Shown: piece after piece, positions 31,219-39,227 of the stretch
Layout of the letters: every line of letters starts with the position of its first letter
How positions within the stretch are numbered: position 1 is the stretch's first letter
DNA from: an uncultured Candidatus Saccharibacteria bacterium
GTDB lineage: Bacteria; Patescibacteriota; Minisyncoccia; UBA6257; WO2-44-18
Direction of reading: 5' to 3'
DNA: 40,707 nt
Assembly: GCA_964361325.1 (NCBI GenBank)
Contig: CAYHZT010000002.1
Location: 1 to 40,707 of the forward strand
Translations under genes and position numbers: made by a program
The notes under the pieces: model-generated
Told to the model about the DNA's origin: nothing
Seen by the model: only the letters and a program-made list of their open reading frames with translations
Database searches by the model: none

Positions 31219-31454
31219 TTGTCGCGTTCGTGATGTTCTGATTCGTCGTCGCAGTGATTGCGATGTTCGCACCTGTCTGAATCCTTATCGTGTTTCCTGC
31301 AGCGCTTTTTGTCTTTATCTTTATCCTTGTCGTCGGAATCGGGGTTTTGAATTTGCTCATTATTAATCGTAACAGAATTCGAATGATGGTTATGACGGCA
31401 GCCAAGAAAAAAAACTCCAACGAACATCAAAATCAGAAAGAGGACGTGGCGCAT
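31215..31454 (-). CDS. small His/Asp/Lys/Cys-rich secreted or lipid-anchored protein
   Basis: 79 aa. The hydrophobic N-terminus ends FFLGC (lipobox-like). The remainder is HNHH...DSDDKDKDKDKKRCRKHDKDSDRCEHRNHCDDESEHHERDN. A canonical GGAGG lies 4 nt upstream of the ATG (ACAGGAGGCAGTATG). No homolog recognised. Confidence 0.55.
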   Translation of the reverse strand: MRHVLFLILMFVGVFFLGCRHNHHSNSVTINNEQIQNPDSDDKDKDKDKKRCRKHDKDSDRCEHRNHCDDESEHHERDN

Positions 31455-31478
31455 ACTGCCTCCTGTGAAGTGCCGTGA

Positions 31479-32402
31479 TTATTTTACCAGATTTTTTGTG
31501 ATTTGTCGCAAGTGTTCGTTCAAAACCGATTCTTTTTTGGCTTCAATATTCAGACGAAGCAAATTTTCGGTATTGGAAGACCGTAAACTGAACCACCACT
31601 CGCCGGACGGCGAGTTAAATTCCATTTTAAGTCCGTCTAATTCCGAAATTGTTTTTGATTTCTTCGCGTAAAGGGATTTAATTTTCTTTAAAGCCGCCGT
31701 TTTATCTTTGATGGAAAAATTGATTTCACCTGATTGGAAATATTTCGGAAGCCGATCAATCCAAGCGGCAATATTCTCCGGCAACGCATTAATGAGATGG
31801 ATTGCGCCCAGAATTCCAGAATCCCAGTACGCCGATCCGCTTTTGGCCGAAAACCCTTTAAATTTAAAGTAGTAGTGTCCGGATTGTTCCGCTCCAAAGT
31901 CCGCTTGTTTTTCGGACATCAGTTTTTTGATGAAATAGTGTCCGACACGCGAATCTAAAGCTGATTTTTTGTCGGCAGCCAGCGCTTCACGAATTAAATA
32001 ACCCGATCGCGCGTCCAGTGTTACCGGACCTGAAAAATTTTTAGAAATCAGAACGGCCGCAACATCGGGGTTTATTTCCCGGCCTAAGTTATCCATAAAA
32101 AAAACACGGTCGCCATCGGCGTCCAAAATAACTCCCAAATCCGCGCGATGGCGTAAAACAGCCTCTTTTAATTCCCTCAAAGCGTCTTTGGCCATTGGAT
32201 TCGGCCCGTGAGCCGGAAAATTTCCGTCCGGTTTGCCGTTGATGATTATCAATTCTAGATTTTCCCTGGCCGGGCAGGCAATTTTCAATTTAGAAAGAAT
32301 TAATCCCGCTGTCCCGTTTGAGCAATCAAATACTACGCACAGTGGCCTTTTTGGTTTTAAGAATTTTTTCAAAAAATCCGCGTAAAGATTTATATAATCC
32401 AT
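31479..32402 (-). CDS. phosphomannomutase/phosphoglucomutase, C-terminal fragment (domains II-IV)
   Basis: 307 aa. Motifs FDCSNGTAG, DADGDR and GAEQSGHYYF. It starts inside the A6 run that ends the N-terminal fragment. Confidence 0.8.
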   Translation of the reverse strand: MDYINLYADFLKKFLKPKRPLCVVFDCSNGTAGLILSKLKIACPARENLELIIINGKPDGNFPAHGPNPMAKDALRELKEAVLRHRADLGVILDADGDRVFFMDNLGREINPDVAAVLISKNFSGPVTLDARSGYLIREALAADKKSALDSRVGHYFIKKLMSEKQADFGAEQSGHYYFKFKGFSAKSGSAYWDSGILGAIHLINALPENIAAWIDRLPKYFQSGEINFSIKDKTAALKKIKSLYAKKSKTISELDGLKMEFNSPSGEWWFSLRSSNTENLLRLNIEAKKESVLNEHLRQITKNLVK

Positions 32403-32788
32403 TTTTTAATTTCTTCCCCGCTGATGGGCGCCGCTTTTTTTCCGACAATTTTAAGACCGTTGAATTCTTTGGGATTATGAGAGGCGGTTACCATGATCCC
32501 GCCCACAGCTTTTAACTTGTTGACCAAAAAATAAAGCATCGGAGTGGTGGTAGGACCCACCACAATAATTTCTAATTTCGATCCGCCAGCTGGCGGACTA
32601 ATTTTCAATGATTGAAGGGCTGATTTGTAAAGCGCTGGTGAACTTAAACGGGCGTCGTGAGCAACGACAATCCTTCCCTTACCAAAATGTTTAGCTAGGA
32701 CTGCGATAATTTCTGACACCGCATTTTCATTTATTTCCTCGGGATATTTGCCGCGAATGTCGTAGGCTTTAAATATGGTGGGGTTCAT
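32390..32788 (-). CDS. phosphomannomutase/phosphoglucomutase, N-terminal fragment (domain I with catalytic Ser)
   Basis: MNPTIFKAYDIRGKYP start and the phosphoserine loop GGIMVTASHNPKEFNGLKI. The track start at 32797 adds MCG. Ends 13 nt after the start of the C-terminal fragment, in another frame. Confidence 0.8.
   Translation of the reverse strand: MNPTIFKAYDIRGKYPEEINENAVSEIIAVLAKHFGKGRIVVAHDARLSSPALYKSALQSLKISPPAGGSKLEIIVVGPTTTPMLYFLVNKLKAVGGIMVTASHNPKEFNGLKIVGKKAAPISGEEIKKWII
32567..32612. repeat. AT-rich heptamers flanking a perfect 16-bp palindrome (TCCGCCAGCTGGCGGA) inside PMM/PGM domain I
   Basis: AATTTCT AATTTCG at 32567-32580, palindrome at 32582-32597, then CTAATTTTCAATGAT. Encodes LKISPPAGGSKLEI. 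Confidence 0.85.
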
Positions 32789-32876
32789 CCCGCACATAAC
32801 AAAGAGTGCGTTATTAGCGCAATCCTTGCATAAATTTGCCTATGCCCGACGACCTGCTCTTTGTTATGTGCGGGAT
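32787..32876. promoter_or_regulatory. perfect 20-bp inverted repeat with a 50-nt spacer covering the PMM/PGM translation start
   Basis: ATCCCGCACATAACAAAGAG (32787-32806) and its exact reverse complement (32857-32876). In the minus-strand RNA the 3' arm ends in the AU of the PMM AUG. Confidence 0.7.
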
Positions 32877-32888
32877 TCATACTATTAT
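32861..32888 (+). promoter_or_regulatory. candidate sigma70-like promoter for ftsK (TTGTTA-N16-TATTAT)
   Basis: Hexamers at 32861-32866 and 32883-32888, 28 nt upstream of the ATG at 32916. The -35 lies in the right arm of the inverted repeat. Hexamer match only. Confidence 0.3.
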
Positions 32889-32915
32889 TAATAATCATAG
32901 TGGGTATTTCGCCTC

Positions 32916-34964
32916 ATGTCTAAAAAAGAACGTCCGCATCAGCCAAAAATCCATTCGGAAACTAAAAATAGCCTAATAGCGGTTCTTCTCGCTGGTATTG
33001 CCGTCATTTTGGTGCTTGCCGCCGTTGACAAGGCCGGGCCAGTCGGCCGTTTCGTTTATCTTATCCTGCAAAATCTTTTTGGCTGGGGATATTATCTTTT
33101 GCCTACAATAGCGGCCTTAATCGCTTTTTTATTCTTAGTTGCCCGGCAAAAAGTTTTTGTCACCACCAGCTTCCTCGGCGCCGCTTTATTTATTGTATCG
33201 GGTTTGGGCTTGATTGATATTCTTTTTGAAAATAAAGGAGGGTTTTTAGGTCGGATAGTGGGTTTATTGGAAATACCATTCGGCTATACCGCTTCTATTA
33301 TAATAAGTGTGGTTTTATTAATTGCCGCTGTTTTAATAACATTTAACGCTTCAATTAAATTCAAAAAAGTAGAAACGGAAAAATCGGCGGATCCGGCTAA
33401 AGAGGTTTTGGAAAAAGAACCGGAAGAGGCGGTAATTGCCGAACCTGAGCTACCGGTCACAAATCCCGCAGCCGCGATAAAAACGGACAAAATAAAAATT
33501 GCGGATGGTTTTCCAATGCCGCCGGCGCGCAAGTCTCCCGCTCGAATTAAAACTTATCCCAATTACGTCACGCCACCGCTGACGCTTTTAAAAACATCTG
33601 TAGAGAAACCGACTTCCGGCGATTTGAGGGCCAACGCCAATATTATTAAAAGAACTTTGGACAGCTTCGGCATCGCGGTAGAAATGGGCGAGATAAACAT
33701 CGGACCAAAAGTCACTCGCTACACGTTAAAGCCGGCCGAAGGCGTAAAGATCAGTAAAATTTTAACGCTTAATCAGGACCTGTCCTTAGCGTTGGCCGCT
33801 CATCCTATCAGAATTGAAGCGCCGATTCCCGGAAAATCTCTGGTGGGAATAGAGGTGCCGAATAAATCGGCGGCAGTCGTCCGTCTTGGCAGTTTAATGG
33901 CATATCCGGAATTTAAAGAGTCGGGGCCGCTCGCTTTTATTTTGGGACGCGGCGTCAGCGGCGAACCTATCATGGCCGATTTGGAAAAAATGCCCCATCT
34001 TATGGTTGCCGGCAGTACCGGCAGCGGAAAAAGCGTTTCTATTCATGCCCTTCTGGTTTCTTTGTTGTATAAAAATTCGCCCGACACTTTGCGCTTGGCG
34101 CTTATCGATCCTAAACGAGTGGAGCTTTCAATTTACGGCGGAGTGCCGCATCTTATCAGCCCCGTAATCATTGACGGGAAAAAAGCCGTTGGCCTTTTCC
34201 GCTGGGCAATCAAAGAAATGGAACGCCGATACGAGATACTACTGGAGGCCGGCGCCCGCGACATCGGCTCCTACAATCAAAAAAGCGAAACTGCGTTGCC
34301 TTTTATAGTATTGGTGGTAGATGAATTGGCCGATCTGATGGCCGCCTACGGCCGAGAAATAGAAAGCTCGGTTGTCCGCCTTGCTCAGATGGCGCGCGCC
34401 ACGGGAATCCATCTTGTGGTTTCTACTCAGCGCCCGTCAGTGGAAGTCATCACCGGACTAATCAAGGCTAATATCACCGCGCGCATCGCTCTCCAAGTCG
34501 CGAGCCAAGTGGATTCCAGAACGATTTTAGACATGGCCGGCGCCGAAAAACTTCTCGGCGGCGGAGATATGCTCTTTATTTCCTCGGATTTTTCCAAACC
34601 AAAAAGAATTCAGGGCGCTTATATTTCCGAGGAGGAAATTCGCAGCGTTGCGGAATTTATTGAAAAAAATAATGATACCGTTGAAGAATATTCTTTTAGC
34701 GGCGAAGCGGGAAATAACGCGGGTGGGTTCGCGGGTGATTTGGATGGCGACGAAACCGATGATGAACTTTTTCAGGATGCGGTCCGGGTAGTTACGGAAT
34801 CTAAAAAAGCCTCAGCGTCCCTTCTTCAAAGACGTTTATCAATCGGTTACGCAAGAGCCGCTCGTTTATTGGATATTATGGAGGAAAAAGGGATTATTGG
34901 CCCGGGAGACGGCGCTAAGCCCAGAGAGGTATTTATTAATCAGGAGAATAGTGATATAAATTAG
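32916..34964 (+). CDS. ftsK: DNA translocase FtsK/SpoIIIE
   Basis: 682 aa. N-terminal membrane helices, Walker A VAGSTGSGKS, Walker B VVDELADLM, and a C-terminal gamma wHTH (ASASLLQRRLSIGYARAARLLDIMEEKGIIG). Confidence 0.95.
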   Translation: MSKKERPHQPKIHSETKNSLIAVLLAGIAVILVLAAVDKAGPVGRFVYLILQNLFGWGYYLLPTIAALIAFLFLVARQKVFVTTSFLGAALFIVSGLGLIDILFENKGGFLGRIVGLLEIPFGYTASIIISVVLLIAAVLITFNASIKFKKVETEKSADPAKEVLEKEPEEAVIAEPELPVTNPAAAIKTDKIKIADGFPMPPARKSPARIKTYPNYVTPPLTLLKTSVEKPTSGDLRANANIIKRTLDSFGIAVEMGEINIGPKVTRYTLKPAEGVKISKILTLNQDLSLALAAHPIRIEAPIPGKSLVGIEVPNKSAAVVRLGSLMAYPEFKESGPLAFILGRGVSGEPIMADLEKMPHLMVAGSTGSGKSVSIHALLVSLLYKNSPDTLRLALIDPKRVELSIYGGVPHLISPVIIDGKKAVGLFRWAIKEMERRYEILLEAGARDIGSYNQKSETALPFIVLVVDELADLMAAYGREIESSVVRLAQMARATGIHLVVSTQRPSVEVITGLIKANITARIALQVASQVDSRTILDMAGAEKLLGGGDMLFISSDFSKPKRIQGAYISEEEIRSVAEFIEKNNDTVEEYSFSGEAGNNAGGFAGDLDGDETDDELFQDAVRVVTESKKASASLLQRRLSIGYARAARLLDIMEEKGIIGPGDGAKPREVFINQENSDIN

Positions 34965-34966
34965 GC

Positions 34967-35602
34967 GTGGAAAATAAGCCTATTAAAGATTTTATTTTCG
35001 AGCGCTTGGAGGCCAAGAGCCTTACTCTGGATAAAGCCGCGACATTGACCGGCATTTCCAAGCATTTCCTGGAAGCAATACTTAAAAGCGAATGGAAAAA
35101 ATTACCGGCTGCCCCCTACCTTTGCGGCTATTTTAAAAAATTAGAGCAAGTCCTTGATGTGGAAGCGGGGTACTTGTGGAAAAAATTCCAAGAAGAAAGC
35201 GATTTTCGAACTTCCGGGCCGGCCGACCGCTTACCGGAAAACCGTTTTGCCATCAAAGCCGGAAATCGGTTATGGCTCTTGCCAACACTGGTTATTGCCG
35301 CTTCTATGATTTATGTTTTTGTTAGCTCCGGGAGGGTTGCCGGCGTGCCCGATCTTGCAATTACCAATCCGCTTGAGGCAACCCTTATCGTCAATAATCC
35401 CCTATTCGTTTTAGAGGGAAGCGCGGATCCGGTTGATAAACTTTTTATTAATGGCGAGGAAGTATACGTTGACAAAAATGGTAAATTCCAGGAAAATTAC
35501 AACTTGCAATCCGGATTGAATACATTTGAATTTATGGCAAAGAAATTTTTAGGAAAAGAAACGAAAGTGGTTAGACAAATAATTTATCAAGAGGAAAAAT
35601 AA
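34967..35602 (+). CDS. RodZ-like HTH membrane protein
   Basis: GTG start. HTH LTLDKAATLTGISKHFLEAIL followed by LPAAPYLCGYFKKLEQVLDV (RodZ-like pattern), a single TM (LWLLPTLVIAASMIYVFV) and an extracytoplasmic beta-rich tail. Confidence 0.6.
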   Translation: MENKPIKDFIFERLEAKSLTLDKAATLTGISKHFLEAILKSEWKKLPAAPYLCGYFKKLEQVLDVEAGYLWKKFQEESDFRTSGPADRLPENRFAIKAGNRLWLLPTLVIAASMIYVFVSSGRVAGVPDLAITNPLEATLIVNNPLFVLEGSADPVDKLFINGEEVYVDKNGKFQENYNLQSGLNTFEFMAKKFLGKETKVVRQIIYQEEK

Positions 35603-35611
35603 TCAATAAAA

Positions 35612-36616
35612 ATGACGAATAAAGATATACCGGAAAAAAAAGACACCGAGAAAGAGTTACAAGGACTGCTGGAAACTTTGCAGAGCAAGTTTGGCGAAGG
35701 AGCCATTATGAAGCTCGGCGACGCCAAGCGGGTTAACGTTGACGTAATTCCAACGGGTTCTTTTTCGTTGGATTTGGCATTGGGGGTAGGCGGATTACCC
35801 AAAGGCAGAATCGTAGAAATTTACGGACCGGAATCTTCCGGCAAAACTACGTTAGCGCTCAACGTTGTCGCGCAAGCCCAGGCTAAAGGAGGTAAGGCCG
35901 CTTTTATAGATGCCGAGCACGCTCTGGATCCGGAGTATGCCGCAAGACTTGGAGTAAAAATAAAAGAACTTTTGATTTCACAGCCGGATAACGGAGAAGA
36001 AGCGCTCAATATTTTGGAAAGTTTGGTGCGTTCGGGAATAATTGATGTGGTGGTAGTGGATTCCGTTGCGGCGTTGACTCCGAAAGCGGAAATAGAAGGG
36101 GAGATGGGCGCTCAATTCATCGGATTGCAGGCCAGATTAATGTCTCAAGCATTACGCAAACTGACTGCCATTACCGCTAAGTCCAATACTCTTGTCATTT
36201 TTATTAACCAATTGCGAGAGAAGATTGGTATTATGTTCGGCAATCCTGAAGTTACTCCCGGCGGACGGGCGCTTAAATTTTATTGCTCCGTAAGAATCGA
36301 TGTGCGGCGAGAAGCGCAAATTAAAAAAGGCGATGTCGTCGTTGGCAATCGAGTCCGCGCTAAAGTTGCCAAAAATAAAGTCGCTCCTCCGTTTAAACTG
36401 GCCGAATTTGACATTATGTATGGAGAGGGGCTTTCTTATGAATCCGATGTTGCGAATTCCGCGTTGAAGTATGGAGTTATTACAAAGGCAGGCGCTAGTT
36501 ACAGTTTTGAGGGTGAGAAATTAGGCGTTGGCATAGAAACAGTTAAAGCCAGACTGGCCGAGGATAAAAAACTTATTCGCGCTATAGAAAAAAAGATATA
36601 TGACGTCGCGAAATAG
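35612..36616 (+). CDS. recA: recombinase RecA
   Basis: 334 aa. Motifs [29 protein letters not shown] and VVVDSVAAL. Confidence 0.97.
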   Translation: MTNKDIPEKKDTEKELQGLLETLQSKFGEGAIMKLGDAKRVNVDVIPTGSFSLDLALGVGGLPKGRIVEIYGPESSGKTTLALNVVAQAQAKGGKAAFIDAEHALDPEYAARLGVKIKELLISQPDNGEEALNILESLVRSGIIDVVVVDSVAALTPKAEIEGEMGAQFIGLQARLMSQALRKLTAITAKSNTLVIFINQLREKIGIMFGNPEVTPGGRALKFYCSVRIDVRREAQIKKGDVVVGNRVRAKVAKNKVAPPFKLAEFDIMYGEGLSYESDVANSALKYGVITKAGASYSFEGEKLGVGIETVKARLAEDKKLIRAIEKKIYDVAK

Positions 36617-37241
36617 GTGGATTGTTAATTTTTGCCGCGGTTTTTTTGTAGCTGCTATTTTTTACGTACTCTATAACGGAATATTTACGGACGATTATAA
36701 TTATTTTTCTCCGGCCGGCTGGGGAAGTTTTTGGATCGGGCAATTTCTTACCATCGCTACGCTCTGGGCCATCTTAGAAAGCTCCCATTGGTATTTTAAA
36801 CAAACGCGCTTTGGCCATTTGCCGGCCGTCTTTTGGGCTTTAGGAACTGCTTTTGGCGGCATTGATTTCGGCGCTGGTACTTTTTCTCTCTTTGAAATAC
36901 AAAGTTTTGACAAAGTAGTTCATTTTTCTACCGGGATTTTAGGCGCGGTGCTCTTTTTAAATCTAGTAAGGGTAGTTTCTAAATTTTATCACTATAATAC
37001 GCCTAGAATCGTTGCTTATTATATTGCCCTGACCAGCGTTAATATTTTCGGAATAGTTTACGAGATTGCCGAACTGATCGGTGATCGCTACTACGGCGCT
37101 CATAATGTCACTGGGCCATTTGATACCACCGAGGATATCCTCGTCAATAATATCGGCATCGTTTTAATCCTAATATCCGATTTTGTAATTTCTAGAATAA
37201 GAAGGCGGCGCTCCTCCGAGCAGATTAAACAAGCATTCTAA
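36600..37241 (+). CDS. integral membrane protein (possibly DUF2238/YjdF-like)
   Basis: 213 aa, about 6 helices. The [21 protein letters not shown] and [12 protein letters not shown] motifs resemble DUF2238. The family call is tentative. Confidence 0.55.
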   Translation: MTSRNRWIVNFCRGFFVAAIFYVLYNGIFTDDYNYFSPAGWGSFWIGQFLTIATLWAILESSHWYFKQTRFGHLPAVFWALGTAFGGIDFGAGTFSLFEIQSFDKVVHFSTGILGAVLFLNLVRVVSKFYHYNTPRIVAYYIALTSVNIFGIVYEIAELIGDRYYGAHNVTGPFDTTEDILVNNIGIVLILISDFVISRIRRRRSSEQIKQAF

Positions 37242-38181
37242 CGATCTCGGCGATTTTTTCCGGGTCATGACGGATCAGGCCGTGCCGACGAAGAAGGTTC
37301 AAGGCAATTGGCATAGGCGAGGGACGAAAATTTTTGAGGTCCGGCTCAACGACCTCCGCTCTTTCTTTAGAATACGGCCGAAAACGCATTGCGGTTGGCT
37401 TTGTTTTGTTTACTATTACGTAATTCAAAATATTTTTGCCGAGATACTCTTCTATTGTCCGCAAAAAATCCGACGCCTGAAAACCGTTTGTCTCTCCAAA
37501 TTTAGTCATTAAATTAATGAAGTAGATTTTTTTTGCGCGGCTTTTTTTCAACAGCTCCTTCATTCCTTTGACCATAAAATTTGGAATTAAGCTGGTAAAT
37601 AAATCCCCGGGACCGATAATAATTCCGTCAGCCTCTAAGATTGCTGTTTTAACCGCCGGATTAATAGGAACCTCCGGCTTAAGATATACTTTTTTTATCT
37701 TTATATTGCCGTCGTGTTTGGGAATATCAATATTAGCCTCCCCTTTGATAATACTGCCATTTTCTAACTCCGCTATCAGTGAAGTTTTTTTCAGAGTTAC
37801 CGGCAAAACTCGGCCGCGCACCGAAAGAAGCTTTCCAGTCTCCTCTACGGCTCGATCGAAACTGCCCGTAATACGCTCTAAAGCGGTTATCATCAGATTA
37901 CCGAAGCTATGACCGGATAGCCCGCCGCCTTCAGCGAAACGATAATTGAAAAGCTGAGACAACATTTTATTGTCGGAAGCCGAAAGGGCAATTAGCGCCC
38001 GACGAATATCGCCGGGGGGCAAAATTCCGAATTCTTCGCGTAAGATCCCGGTAGAACCGCCATCATCAGCCATGGTAACAATAGCCGTTAAGTCAGAAAA
38101 ATATTTTTTCAAACCCGAAAGAACCGTAAATACGCCCGTACCTCCGCCGATAACCACGACTTTTTTGTCAGCGTTTTTCAT
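37225..38181 (-). CDS. yvcK: YvcK/CofD-family (UPF0052, gluconeogenesis factor-like) protein
   Basis: Motifs VVVIGGGTGVFTVLSGLKKY and LTAIVTMADDGGSTGILREEFGILPPGDIRRALIALS. I prefer the ATG at 38181 (MKNADKK), 2 nt after the upstream stop. The track start at 38238 would overlap the PLD gene. Confidence 0.85.
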   Translation of the reverse strand: MKNADKKVVVIGGGTGVFTVLSGLKKYFSDLTAIVTMADDGGSTGILREEFGILPPGDIRRALIALSASDNKMLSQLFNYRFAEGGGLSGHSFGNLMITALERITGSFDRAVEETGKLLSVRGRVLPVTLKKTSLIAELENGSIIKGEANIDIPKHDGNIKIKKVYLKPEVPINPAVKTAILEADGIIIGPGDLFTSLIPNFMVKGMKELLKKSRAKKIYFINLMTKFGETNGFQASDFLRTIEEYLGKNILNYVIVNKTKPTAMRFRPYSKERAEVVEPDLKNFRPSPMPIALNLLRRHGLIRHDPEKIAEIVRMLV

Positions 38182-38183
38182 TT

Positions 38184-39227
38184 TTACAATATTGGCTGGA
38201 TAATTCTGATAAAGAATCCCAAAAAATAGTAGTACCAACGCATTGGCGCGCTAGGACTGAAAGGAACGGCTGATTTCTTCCAATGCTGTAAAATAGTTCT
38301 AAGATCTCCTACCATATCCTTACGTTTGAAACTAATACTTGCTTCCAAATTAAAATCAAAACTTTGAGCGTCAATGTTATTGGAACCAACCAACCCCTCG
38401 CGATCGTCAATTAGTAAAACCTTGGCGTGATTCATTTCCGGAATAAATAACGTTGTTAGAATATCTTTTAAGCTGTCGGCAAAAACTCGGTGAGCTATAT
38501 TGGCTATAAACATATCAGTCTTTTCCGGCACGATTACTTCAATCTTAACACCACGGCTAGCAGCTGCCCGCAAAGATCTGATCAACCAGCGATGCGGCAC
38601 AAAGTAAGGCGTAACAATTGTGATGCTTTTCCGGGCTTCAGCGCATTTCTTTTTATAATAGTATCGCAAAACCGACTTTCCTTTTACGGGCCAGTTTTCA
38701 ATAAACCAAGACTTCGCCTTATATAACCCAGCCCGCGCCTTAGGAAGTTTCCGCTTTCTTAGATTTAAAATTACGGCGTCTCGCCCGCCAGCAATACTAT
38801 AAACTCTGCTAAAAGACCTCAAAAGACTGCGCACTAATCTTCCGGTCAGGCGAATATGCAAATCCAACCAATCAGCGTATTCGCCTCGCACATTCACCCC
38901 GCCGATATAAGAAACTAATTCGTCAATAATTAAAATCTTTCTGTGCGAGCGGTACAGCCAGCGATTAAAAAAAAGCACTTCGGCGCCAGCCTCTTCAAAT
39001 TCTTTCCTATTGATTGAACCGAACCAAAGATCACCAACGCGATCAATTATGATTTTAACCCTAACGCCTTGGCGCGCCCTTTCTTTAAGCACTTCAAAAA
39101 AAATGTGAGTGGATGAATCGTCGGTTAAAATAAAACTCTCCAGATATATACAGTGTTTCGCCTCCCTGATGTCCTGGAGCATTGCTGTCCAGGCTTTTTC
39201 GGAAGTCGTATAAAACTTGTACTTCAT
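38184..39227 (-). CDS. phospholipase D / cardiolipin synthase-like protein with two HKD motifs
   Basis: SHRKILIIDELVSYIGGVNV and NHAKVLLIDDREGLVGSNNID. No N-terminal transmembrane helices are visible. Confidence 0.8.
   Translation of the reverse strand: MKYKFYTTSEKAWTAMLQDIREAKHCIYLESFILTDDSSTHIFFEVLKERARQGVRVKIIIDRVGDLWFGSINRKEFEEAGAEVLFFNRWLYRSHRKILIIDELVSYIGGVNVRGEYADWLDLHIRLTGRLVRSLLRSFSRVYSIAGGRDAVILNLRKRKLPKARAGLYKAKSWFIENWPVKGKSVLRYYYKKKCAEARKSITIVTPYFVPHRWLIRSLRAAASRGVKIEVIVPEKTDMFIANIAHRVFADSLKDILTTLFIPEMNHAKVLLIDDREGLVGSNNIDAQSFDFNLEASISFKRKDMVGDLRTILQHWKKSAVPFSPSAPMRWYYYFLGFFIRIIQPIL

Noticed and set aside
31205-31420. Alternative 71-aa ORF overlapping the His-rich small ORF in another frame
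   Set aside because: It has no Shine-Dalgarno sequence and a low-complexity I/T/K-rich translation. The overlapping 79-aa frame has a GGAGG at ideal spacing and a signal-like N-terminus.
32787-32876. The 20-bp inverted repeats as an invertible promoter switch (inverton)
   Set aside because: The segment between the arms is only 50 bp, no invertase or recombinase gene is in the window, and I found no convincing promoter hexamers inside the spacer. A hairpin/uORF or MITE-like explanation fits better.
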